Shown: positions 18,816 to 27,423 of the stretch, in pieces
Numbering within the stretch: the stretch's first letter is position 1
How the letters are laid out: each line of letters opens with the position of its first letter
Made by a program: the position numbers and the translations under genes
The notes under the pieces: generated by a model
The model's input: the letters and a program-made list of their open reading frames with translations, nothing else
Databases searched by the model: none
What the model was told of the DNA's origin: nothing
Assembly: GCA_051532035.1 (NCBI GenBank)
Contig: JAOPTW010000010.1
Coordinates: 1-64,000, forward strand
DNA length: 64,000 bases
Direction of reading: 5' to 3'
Source: Fibrobacterales bacterium
GTDB lineage: Bacteria; Fibrobacterota; Fibrobacteria; Fibrobacterales; JAOPTW01

Positions 18816-20447
18816 TTAGCTATTTGCTGATTTAAGCAAGTTTAGAAAAAGAGGTGATGGATTTATAAGGCTCGATGTCAACTCTGGGTGAAATTGACAC
18901 GCCATAAAATATTTATGACCTGGAATCTCCATAATTTGCATAATATCTTCTTTCGCTGCTTTACCAGAAAAGAACAGTCCCGCTTCTTCAAGCTCAGGGA
19001 CATATTGAGGATTCACTTCATAACGGTGGCGGAAACGAGCACGGGTAAAGTCAGACCCATAGACCTCCTCAGCGCGTGACCCTTTGGTTATGAGTACGTC
19101 TTGCCCACCAAGACGCATAGTAGCGCCCATATCTTTGATATTCTCTTGCCCTGGTAAGAAACCAATAATTGGCGCTTTGACCGTAAAGCCATCTCTTTCA
19201 GATTCAATAGTTCCTGCACCATCAATCTTAGCGACGTTTCGAGCATACTCGACCACGGCAAGCTGCATACCATAGCATATTCCAAGGAATGGTAAATTAT
19301 TTTCACGAGCATACTTAATGAGGGTAATTTTTCCTTCAGAACCTCTATATCCAAAACCACCAGGAACAATTATCCCATCAACACCTTGGAGTACCTGTTT
19401 AGGGTCAAGCTTTTTCGTATCTACTTCTTCAGTGTCAATCCACTTAATCTTTGCCTTAAGGTCGAGATGAGCAGCCCCATGATTAATAGACTCTACTACT
19501 GATGCATAGGAGTCTTCGAGGGAAGTATATTTACCACAAATTGCAATGGTCAATTCTTTACGTGGATTTTCGTTATTACGGTTAATATTATCAACTAATT
19601 GCCCCCACTCTTCGAGCTCTGGTGGAGCGTACAGACGGAGTTTTTCAGTAATTATCTCTGGAATACCCTCTTTTACATAGATCATCGGTACTTCGTAGAC
19701 ATTAGAAACATCAACCCCCGAAATAACATGACTTGCATCGAGATTACAAAAGAGACCGATTTTCTTTTTAATATGCGGATCAAGATACTCAGAACAACGC
19801 GCAACAATAATATCTGGATAGATACCATGGGCATTGAGATCTTTTACGGACATCTGTGTTGGTTTAGATTTCTGTTCGTTCACACCGCTTGGAATAGGCA
19901 CATATGTAAGGTGGACAAAAAGAATATTTTCAGATCCTACATCGTGTTGAAGCTGACGAACTGCTTCGAGATAAAATTGGTTTTCGAGGTCACCTACTGT
20001 ACCGCCAACTTCAATCATCACAATATCAGCTTCTTCATCATTAGCAATTTCAAAGAATTTCGATTTTATAAGGTCGGTTACATGAGGAATAAATTGAACG
20101 GTTTGACCAAGGAAGTAGCCTTCACGCTCTTTATCCATAATTTCTTTAAAAATTTTACCCATAGTGAGGTTTTGTTTGAATTTCGCATTCACCTGCATGT
20201 AGCGTTCATAGTGACCAAAATCCATGTCCACTTCACCACCATCATCAAGTACAAATACTTCACCGTGCTCTGTAGGGTTCATTGTACCAGGGTCAGTATT
20301 GAGATAGCCATCACATTTGATAGGCACGACTTTTCGACGCCCCGAAAGAATGGCCCCTATTGATGCTGTAGTAATCCCTTTTCCAAGGCCTGACAACACA
20401 CCACCTGTGACAACAATAAACTTTGTTTTGTTATTATATATACTCAT
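18816..20447 (-). CDS. pyrG: CTP synthase
   Basis: VTGGVLSGLGKG, HGEVFV, GHYER, KPTQ, PGGFG, GICYGMQ, RHRYE, QFHPE. Confidence 0.97.
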   Translation of the reverse strand: MSIYNNKTKFIVVTGGVLSGLGKGITTASIGAILSGRRKVVPIKCDGYLNTDPGTMNPTEHGEVFVLDDGGEVDMDFGHYERYMQVNAKFKQNLTMGKIFKEIMDKEREGYFLGQTVQFIPHVTDLIKSKFFEIANDEEADIVMIEVGGTVGDLENQFYLEAVRQLQHDVGSENILFVHLTYVPIPSGVNEQKSKPTQMSVKDLNAHGIYPDIIVARCSEYLDPHIKKKIGLFCNLDASHVISGVDVSNVYEVPMIYVKEGIPEIITEKLRLYAPPELEEWGQLVDNINRNNENPRKELTIAICGKYTSLEDSYASVVESINHGAAHLDLKAKIKWIDTEEVDTKKLDPKQVLQGVDGIIVPGGFGYRGSEGKITLIKYARENNLPFLGICYGMQLAVVEYARNVAKIDGAGTIESERDGFTVKAPIIGFLPGQENIKDMGATMRLGGQDVLITKGSRAEEVYGSDFTRARFRHRYEVNPQYVPELEEAGLFFSGKAAKEDIMQIMEIPGHKYFMACQFHPELTSSLINPSPLFLNLLKSANS

Positions 20448-20458
20448 ATCTGTTCCTG

Positions 20459-21181
20459 TTACTGCGTTACCAATTGTGCATACCGAGTGGCAAAAATATC
20501 TTCAACAATCGCTATATCTTCTGGAATATCAACAGAATGCGACTCATGCTCAACTAGCTCGACCTTTATTTTTGTTTCGGGAAAAATTCTCAATTGCTCT
20601 AATGATAGTAATTTTTCAGCTTCTGACTGCGGAGAAGCCGAAAAATTTTGGAGGGTTTTTAAGGTATACCCATAGATACCTTTGTGCTTATACATTTTTG
20701 CATTTTTACACTCAGGAAGCCTTAAAAAATGAGTCGCAAAGCCATTTTCATCCACCATAACCTTGACAACACTCGGTACTTCAAGGAATTTATCATGAAG
20801 GGGGACTGCAGCAGTTACCCAACCTTCGGGATGGGTAGAAAGTGATTCACAGAGAAGAGGAAAAATTGATGGATCCACAACGGGCTCATCTCCTTGCAAA
20901 TTGATGATGGCCTCCAACTCAAGTGTTTCTGCCGCTTCTAATACACGATCAGAGCCAGTTTCACACTGGCCCTTACTTATGTAAGCCTCATATCCCTCAG
21001 CAATTACAAGAGATGCTATCTCTTTGGAATCTGTTGCACATATAATTCGCTCAAAACAACCAGCTTCATATGCACGATCAAGAGTGTGTAATATCATTGC
21101 TCTTTCACAGATGAGAGCAAGAGGCTTAGAGGGAAAGCGAGTTGAGCCGATGCGTGCCGGAACAACGCAACTAACCTGCAC
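20459..21181 (-). CDS. kdsB: 3-deoxy-manno-octulosonate cytidylyltransferase
   Basis: VPARIGSTRFPSKPL, TGSDR, NLQGDEP, HKGIYGY, LEQLR, SVDIPED. Confidence 0.93.
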   Translation of the reverse strand: MQVSCVVPARIGSTRFPSKPLALICERAMILHTLDRAYEAGCFERIICATDSKEIASLVIAEGYEAYISKGQCETGSDRVLEAAETLELEAIINLQGDEPVVDPSIFPLLCESLSTHPEGWVTAAVPLHDKFLEVPSVVKVMVDENGFATHFLRLPECKNAKMYKHKGIYGYTLKTLQNFSASPQSEAEKLLSLEQLRIFPETKIKVELVEHESHSVDIPEDIAIVEDIFATRYAQLVTQ

Positions 21182-21183
21182 TA

Positions 21184-21468
21184 TTAACCAATAACCTTTG
21201 GAATGGTAAAGTGATCTTGGCCAGTGGCAGGTGCATTTTTAAATGCCTCTTCGCGACTGAGTGACACTCCTGGGACATCTGGTCTAAGATCTGTAACGTG
21301 ATCATCAACCCGTGTCATAGGCTCTACATTCGCAAGGTCAAGCTCTTGGAGCTCATCCATATAGCCAACGAGTTTTTCAAGGTGTTTTTTATATCCTTCA
21401 ATCTCATTTTCTTTAATAGCAATACGTGAAAGCTTTCCGAGTCTGAGTACATCTTCATTGGTTATCAT
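21184..21468 (-). CDS. gatC: Asp/Glu-tRNA amidotransferase subunit C
   Basis: EDVLRLGKLSRI, VEPM, LRPD, NAP, FTIPKVI. Confidence 0.93.
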   Translation of the reverse strand: MITNEDVLRLGKLSRIAIKENEIEGYKKHLEKLVGYMDELQELDLANVEPMTRVDDHVTDLRPDVPGVSLSREEAFKNAPATGQDHFTIPKVIG

Positions 21469-21469
21469 C

Positions 21470-23920
21470 TTAGCCCTGTACTATTTGTAGGTTTGCATAT
21501 TTCAAAATTAGTTTCTTAGTGGTACCGCTCTTAAAAGCAACTTCAACTTTAGAACTCTCCGTTTGTCCTTCGCACGCTTTAATGACGCCAAGACCAAACT
21601 TAGGATGGGTCACTTTGCACCCTACATCCAAATATACACTTTCCTGAGAAAAGTCGTCAAAACTCTGAGAGGTTTTTTTCTTTCTTAAACTACTATTTAC
21701 ACTTGGTGAGCCGGCACTACTATTTGAGAGCCGTGAAGCCCCAAACCCACCAGAAGTTGGGGTACTTTTTTTACTGTACCCACCCGACGCGCCCGAGCCC
21801 CCCGAATAACCGCCAGAACCATAGGATTTGCTTTTATATGAGCTGCCGCTATATCCACTGCCACCCGATGAACCCCCGTAGGATCCCCCTGCTTTAGATT
21901 TCCAAGCAGGTTTCCCGACTGACGCATACGATTGACGCGGCATTCCACCGGCAAAATCTATCTCATCCAATACATTTTCATCAATTTCACCTAAAAATCT
22001 GCTGGGCTGAAATACTTCGTCGCGACCGTACATTTTCCTACATCGCGCCGAATAGAGATTCAAAGACTCTTGAGCTCGAGTCATGCCTACATAAAAAAGC
22101 CGGCGTTCCTCTTCGACCTCACTATCATCATCACCACGGCTCATGGGGAGCAGTTTTTCATCACAGCCTGCAATATAAACATGAGGGAACTCGAGCCCTT
22201 TTGCTGCGTGAAGGGTCATAAGCTTAATAGATTGAGCACCCTCTTCTGCGAGATCTACACTGGTGAGCAGTGATGCCTCTTGCAAATACTGATCTAATGA
22301 AGCCCCCGGCTGATGTTCTTCAAATTCGACAACAGCATTGAGCAATTCAGCAATATTTTTGAGACGTTCTTCTGACTCTGGACTATTTTCTTCGACTAGA
22401 GCTGATTTGTAGCCCGTGTCGGTAATCACTTTTTCTACAAGTATCGGGAGCGGTTCAATTCCCATGAGCGATTTAAAATCTTCGATAAGTTCTGCAAACG
22501 CTTTTAACTTTGCTGCTGTAGCTTTTCGTTCAATAATAGTGTCACAATCCATTATAGCCTGATACATACCTGAACCAGCTTGTCGACCAGCCTGCTTTAC
22601 CTTATCAATAGTACCTGGTCCAATGCCTCGACGGGGAACATTAATAATTCTTTCGAGTGAAATCTCATCGAGTGGATTTGCAAGAAACCTCAAATAGGCT
22701 AAAATGTCTTTAACCTCTTTGCGATCATAAAAACGTGTCCCCCCAATAATAGTACAGGGGATTTTGCTCCGATTCATCTGTTCTTCGAGAACTCGAGACT
22801 GTGAATTGGTCCGATAAAATACCGCAACATCAGAGTATTTTTCTGAGCCAAGACCTTTCACCGCTGATGCAATATACTGAGCTTCAGCTCGTTCATCACC
22901 CACTTTAATGAGTTGAATTTTGTCGCCATCCTCTTTTTCAGAGAAAACATTTTTTTTAAACTCTTCGGTTCTGATATTGTTTCGAATAAGAGTGTTTGCC
23001 CCATGTACTATGTTTCGTGAAGAACGATAATTCTGTTCGAGCTTAACTATTTTTACATTTTTAAAGTCAGTACTAAATCGACGAATAATGCTGATATCCG
23101 CACCACGCCATCCATAGATACTCTGGTCATCATCCCCTACTACTGTTACATTGGGTGAAGTCCCCACCCCTGAAGTGAGCAATTTAATAAGGTCAAATTG
23201 GACCGGATTAGTATCTTGGTATTCATCTACGAAAAAGTACTCAAATCGACTGCGATACTGTTCACGAACGACATCATTTCGCTTTAAAAGTTGCACTGTC
23301 ACATTGAGTAGGTCATCAAAATCCAATGCATTGTTCTCTTTGAGTGCATTTTGATACTGTAAATACATTTTAGCGATTTCTTTCTCATCCGCATATTCTG
23401 CCGAAGCAACTGCTTCTTCCGGCCCCATTGCTTTATTTTTCCAATTCGATATATAAGAACGGATGCGCTTTACTTTAGATGCCTCAGCATCCATCTCTAA
23501 TTTTTTGAAAATCTCTTTAAAAATCCGCTTTTGATCGGAATCATCATAGATACTAAAATTGCGGGTTAAGCTTCCAACGCCCACTGAAAGGTCGGGTTGC
23601 TTTGGCAGACTATATCTAAGAATTCTCACACAAATACTGTGAAAGGTTCCCATCCAATCAAAAGGGAGGTCATCTTCAAGAAGTTTTGCTAAACGTTCTT
23701 TCATCTCTCCCGCGGCTTTATTGGTAAAGGTTACCGCAAGAATTTTATAGGCGGGAATTTTGTAATGAGATACTAAGTGAGCAATTTTATAGGTGACTAC
23801 TCGCGTTTTACCCGACCCTGCCCCTGCAAGAATAAGTTGGGGATTATCTACATTGATAGCAGCTTTTCTTTGAACTTCATTTAGTTCTTTTTCGAGTACG
23901 GAAGCGTCAATAATTTTCAT
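21470..23920 (-). CDS. uvrD: UvrD/PcrA ATP-dependent DNA helicase
   Basis: LAGAGSGKT, TFTNKAA, VDEYQDTN, VGDDDQSIYGWRGA, LEQNYRS, TLHAAKGLEF, EERRLFYV, C-terminal HPKFG Tudor-like domain. Confidence 0.95.
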   Translation of the reverse strand: MKIIDASVLEKELNEVQRKAAINVDNPQLILAGAGSGKTRVVTYKIAHLVSHYKIPAYKILAVTFTNKAAGEMKERLAKLLEDDLPFDWMGTFHSICVRILRYSLPKQPDLSVGVGSLTRNFSIYDDSDQKRIFKEIFKKLEMDAEASKVKRIRSYISNWKNKAMGPEEAVASAEYADEKEIAKMYLQYQNALKENNALDFDDLLNVTVQLLKRNDVVREQYRSRFEYFFVDEYQDTNPVQFDLIKLLTSGVGTSPNVTVVGDDDQSIYGWRGADISIIRRFSTDFKNVKIVKLEQNYRSSRNIVHGANTLIRNNIRTEEFKKNVFSEKEDGDKIQLIKVGDERAEAQYIASAVKGLGSEKYSDVAVFYRTNSQSRVLEEQMNRSKIPCTIIGGTRFYDRKEVKDILAYLRFLANPLDEISLERIINVPRRGIGPGTIDKVKQAGRQAGSGMYQAIMDCDTIIERKATAAKLKAFAELIEDFKSLMGIEPLPILVEKVITDTGYKSALVEENSPESEERLKNIAELLNAVVEFEEHQPGASLDQYLQEASLLTSVDLAEEGAQSIKLMTLHAAKGLEFPHVYIAGCDEKLLPMSRGDDDSEVEEERRLFYVGMTRAQESLNLYSARCRKMYGRDEVFQPSRFLGEIDENVLDEIDFAGGMPRQSYASVGKPAWKSKAGGSYGGSSGGSGYSGSSYKSKSYGSGGYSGGSGASGGYSKKSTPTSGGFGASRLSNSSAGSPSVNSSLRKKKTSQSFDDFSQESVYLDVGCKVTHPKFGLGVIKACEGQTESSKVEVAFKSGTTKKLILKYANLQIVQG

Positions 23921-24111
23921 AAAACCTTGTCTGAGGGCGTGAGTTGATAATTGAAAGGATGTATAATCCTACAAACATTCAAATGTAATTATTGGGGGAG
24001 AATCTTGGGTGAAAGATTACCTTGAAAGTGCTTCACTGGATGGAATTTTTATCACCATTGGCAGAGAGTAACAATTCCATTCAATTTAAAAATGATACTA
24101 GTTGTTATAAA

Positions 24112-24516
24112 TCAAGGAGTTAGCTCTTGTTTCTTGGGTAAACTCATATTTCTATTCACTAGAGCAGAATCTATTGAATCAAAAACATCGATACCATGAC
24201 CCTGTATGAGAACTCTCCCTTTCTCAAAGAGAACAATAGATGAAGAGCCACTTTTCCCATAGAGCCCCCATATTTCTGGATACTGACTTGGGGTAACCTC
24301 AAATAAGGCAATATCTTTTGCTTTGAAACGAGCAATCATCATCTCCATGAGCAAAGAAAGCTCTTTGTCATTACTACTATTGATATTAAATGAGACAATT
24401 ACCGGCCGAGAATTTTTTATTGCAGCAGCAACAACCTCTTCTTTAAGAGTCAATTCTTTTTGACAAGCAACAATGAGAACAAATAATAGACAGATATACA
24501 CAGTGATATTTTTCAT
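24112..24516 (-). CDS. Lipoprotein, possibly thioredoxin-like fold without CxxC
   Basis: Lipobox IVA-C; RPVIVSF...IVLFEKG pattern resembles a thioredoxin fold. Confidence 0.6.
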   Translation of the reverse strand: MKNITVYICLLFVLIVACQKELTLKEEVVAAAIKNSRPVIVSFNINSSNDKELSLLMEMMIARFKAKDIALFEVTPSQYPEIWGLYGKSGSSSIVLFEKGRVLIQGHGIDVFDSIDSALVNRNMSLPKKQELTP

Positions 24517-24616
24517 TTTTACTTAAGCTGTAAGTTACTGGAAATAAAAATAACACCATACTACAGTATTAGGAATACCCTATTTATAGCATTTGACATT
24601 TGGAGAACAAAGAAAT

Positions 24617-24646
24617 AAAAAGCGACCTGAAATACAGGTCGCTTTT
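24617..24646 (-). terminator. Intrinsic terminator after groEL
   Basis: AAAAGCGACCTG-aaata-CAGGTCGCTTTT perfect inverted repeat. Confidence 0.85.
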
Positions 24647-24669
24647 AAAAAGTGTCAGTAAGCAATATC

Positions 24670-26319
24670 TTACATCATGCCTGGCATTCCGCCACCCATT
24701 CCACCCATTCCGCCACCCATTGCGCCCATATCTGGACCCTTCTCATCTGGAAGGTCACAAATAACACAATCAGTAGTAAGAATCATGGTTGCAGCAGAGG
24801 CCGCATTTTGAATTGCAGATTTTGTCACTTTAGCTGGGTCAATAACACCCGCCTTAATGAGATCTTCATATTTATCAGTTTTTGCATTGTATCCAAAAGC
24901 ACCCTTGCCCTCTTTTACTTTATTGACAACTACTGAACCTTCAAGGCCTGCATTTTCAACAATCTGACGAAGCGGGGCTTCAATTGCACGAATGACAATA
25001 TTTGCACCTGTTTTTTGATCTTCGTTTTCGAATTCGAGTTTATTAATCGCTGGAATAGTTCTCAGAAGAGCAACACCACCACCTGCAACAATGCCTTCTT
25101 CGACTGCTGCACGAGTTGCATGAAGCGCATCTTCAACACGATCTTTTTTCTCTTTCATCTCTACTTCAGTAGCCGCACCAACATTGATTACTGCTACACC
25201 AGCGCCAAGTTTAGCCATACGCTCTTGAAGTTTTTCACGATCGTAGTCAGAAGAAGTTTCTTGAATTTGATTTTTAATTTGAGCAACACGATCTTTAATT
25301 GCTTTGTGTGATCCAGCGCCTTCAACAACAGTTGTATTATCTTTATCGATAGTGATGTTCTTTGCAGACCCGAGCATATCAAGAGTAACATCTTCGAGTT
25401 TTGCACCCATCTCTTCTGAACAGATCTGAGCATTAGTAAGAATAGCAATATCTTCGAGCATTGCTTTACGACGATCACCAAAACCAGGAGCTTTAATCGC
25501 TGCAACTTTGAGAGTACCGCGAAGCTTGTTCACAATAAGTGTTGCAAGCGCTTCACCTTCAACATCTTCAGCAATAATTAGAAGTGATTTACCTGATTTT
25601 GATACACCTTCTAGTACCGGAAGAAGATCTTTCATGTTAGAAATTTTCTTATCGTAAATAAGGATAAATGGGTTTTCCATGTTTACGAGCATTTTAGCAG
25701 AGTCGGTTGCAAAATACGGTGAAAGATACCCACGGTCAAACTGCATACCTTCAACAACTTCGAGTGTTGTTTCAGCTGTTTTTGACTCTTCAATAGTTAT
25801 GACACCATCAGTTCCTACTTTGTCCATTGCATTTGCAATGAGAGCACCGATTTCAACATCATTGTTTGCCGAGATAGAAGCCACTTGTGCAATATCACCC
25901 GTTCCATTTACCTTTTTAGACTTTTTCGTAATTTCTGTCACGATAGTTTCAACAGCTTTGTCGATACCACGTTTAAGGTCCATTGGATTTGCACCAGCAG
26001 TTACGTTTTTAAAGCCCTCTTTTGCAATCGCATGAGTAAGAACTGTTGCGGTTGTTGTTCCATCACCTGCGATATCAGATGTTTTAGATGCAACTTCACG
26101 CACCATTTGTGCACCCATATTTTCTGCATTATCTTCGAGTTCAATATCTTTAGCAACAGTAACACCATCTTTTGTTACCGCAGGAGCGCCGAATGATTTT
26201 GACATCATTACAGTACGACCTTTAGGACCAAGAGTAACTTTTACTGCGTTTGCAAGTTTTTCTGCGCCAGCGAGAAGTGCACTACGTGCCGCTGCATCAA
26301 ATTTTAAATCTTTTGCCAT
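24670..26319 (-). CDS. groL: Chaperonin GroEL
   Basis: [37 protein letters not shown] tail. Confidence 0.99.
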   Translation of the reverse strand: MAKDLKFDAAARSALLAGAEKLANAVKVTLGPKGRTVMMSKSFGAPAVTKDGVTVAKDIELEDNAENMGAQMVREVASKTSDIAGDGTTTATVLTHAIAKEGFKNVTAGANPMDLKRGIDKAVETIVTEITKKSKKVNGTGDIAQVASISANNDVEIGALIANAMDKVGTDGVITIEESKTAETTLEVVEGMQFDRGYLSPYFATDSAKMLVNMENPFILIYDKKISNMKDLLPVLEGVSKSGKSLLIIAEDVEGEALATLIVNKLRGTLKVAAIKAPGFGDRRKAMLEDIAILTNAQICSEEMGAKLEDVTLDMLGSAKNITIDKDNTTVVEGAGSHKAIKDRVAQIKNQIQETSSDYDREKLQERMAKLGAGVAVINVGAATEVEMKEKKDRVEDALHATRAAVEEGIVAGGGVALLRTIPAINKLEFENEDQKTGANIVIRAIEAPLRQIVENAGLEGSVVVNKVKEGKGAFGYNAKTDKYEDLIKAGVIDPAKVTKSAIQNAASAATMILTTDCVICDLPDEKGPDMGAMGGGMGGMGGGMPGMM

Positions 26320-26342
26320 TGTTCTTACCTTTCTTCCTTAAA

Positions 26343-26633
26343 TTATTTACCAATTTTCGCTAAAATATCTGATTCACGCATGATAAGGTATTTTTTACTA
26401 CCATCTTCAATTTCAGTACCCGCATACTTTCCGTATAGTACTACATCACCTTTCTTAAGCTCTGGAGCAATAAGCTCTCCATTGTCAGCAGTCTTTCCTG
26501 GTCCTACTGCAACAACTTTACCTTGGGCGGGTTTTTCTTTTGCATTATCAGGAATGTAGAGTCCGCCTGCTGTTTTTTCTTCAGCTTCTACTTGTTCTAG
26601 AACTACTCTATCTGCGAGTGGTTGAATTGCCAT
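26343..26633 (-). CDS. groS: Co-chaperonin GroES
   Basis: [33 protein letters not shown]. Confidence 0.99.
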   Translation of the reverse strand: MAIQPLADRVVLEQVEAEEKTAGGLYIPDNAKEKPAQGKVVAVGPGKTADNGELIAPELKKGDVVLYGKYAGTEIEDGSKKYLIMRESDILAKIGK

Positions 26634-26680
26634 GGATATTCTCCTATTTCAGGTTTTTAATACGTTTTACCTTCGAAAAT

Positions 26681-26696
26681 AGCAACATACGTGCCA
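26681..26696 (-). promoter_or_regulatory. Sigma-54 (-24/-12) promoter of groESL
   Basis: Minus strand TGGCACG-TATG-TTGCT matches TGGCACG-N4-TTGCW exactly, about 47 bp upstream of the groES ATG. Confidence 0.8.
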
Positions 26697-26846
26697 CATC
26701 GTCTTTATTTGGTTTAAAGGATAGTTTAAATAGATCGTCTTCACAGTGTGTTTCATAATAAAACACCTTCGAATAAACAAAAAAAATCGGCAATTCCAAT
26801 ATGAAACACCTGTGGTTTTTTAAAAGTATTATTTATACTTAAACCT

Positions 26847-27209
26847 ATGGCAGGAGCAAAATATACTATAGACTTACAGTGGGATGACGATGAAAAAAAA
26901 TACATCGCCACCTCCCCTCAGCACCCAGAGTGCGTTGCAGTTGGAATAACTAAACCTGAAGCACGTCGAAAACTCGATATTGCTATCGAAAATTGGCTCA
27001 AAGCTATACGAAGTCAGGCAAGTAAAACCAAGGGACTTAAAATTGGATACACTCGTGCATCCTTTATCGTACAAGAAAATCTACTCGATCAACTGAAACT
27101 CTATGCTTCAATTGAAGATATCTCGATGAAAGAAGCTCTAGAGAACAGTATGAAATATTTTCTAAAATCGAAAAAAGTCCAGAAAGTCATTAACTCTCAA
27201 GAAGATTAA
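26847..27209 (+). CDS. HicB-family antitoxin-like protein with C-terminal RHH-like domain; no adjacent hicA
   Basis: YTIDLQWDDDEKKYIATSPQHPECVAVGITKPEARRKLDIAIENWL (HicB pattern); C-terminal RASFIV...QLKLYA..EDISMKE. Confidence 0.8.
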   Translation: MAGAKYTIDLQWDDDEKKYIATSPQHPECVAVGITKPEARRKLDIAIENWLKAIRSQASKTKGLKIGYTRASFIVQENLLDQLKLYASIEDISMKEALENSMKYFLKSKKVQKVINSQED

Positions 27210-27377
27210 GCGATTAAGCCACTCTCATTGATTTGCTAAAATAACTCAAGACTACAAAAAGGATAACGTATCAAAATATTATACGCTATTCGTAGCTAAT
27301 ACCCTTATTTTACAAAGAGATAAGCAATTGACATAGACTATTATACTAATTTTTAGCACTATCTATCACAATATACT

Positions 27378-27406
27378 TTGCCTCAAAAACTCTGTTACGG
27401 TATCTT
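27378..27406 (+). promoter_or_regulatory. Sigma-70-type promoter candidate
   Basis: TTGCCT-N17-TATCTT; CGGTATCTTTA also occurs upstream of the 1151-aa paralog. Confidence 0.45.
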
Positions 27407-27423
27407 TAGGAGGAACTTAACCT

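Noticed and set aside
19599..20760. Plus-strand ORFs of 254 and 147 aa
   Set aside because: Antisense to pyrG/kdsB with no recognisable motifs. The same applies to the other short overlapping ORFs in the track.
27353..27379. TTAGCACT as CIRCE element near groESL
   Set aside because: Half-site only, with no GAGTGCTAA arm, and about 700 bp from groES beyond hicB.
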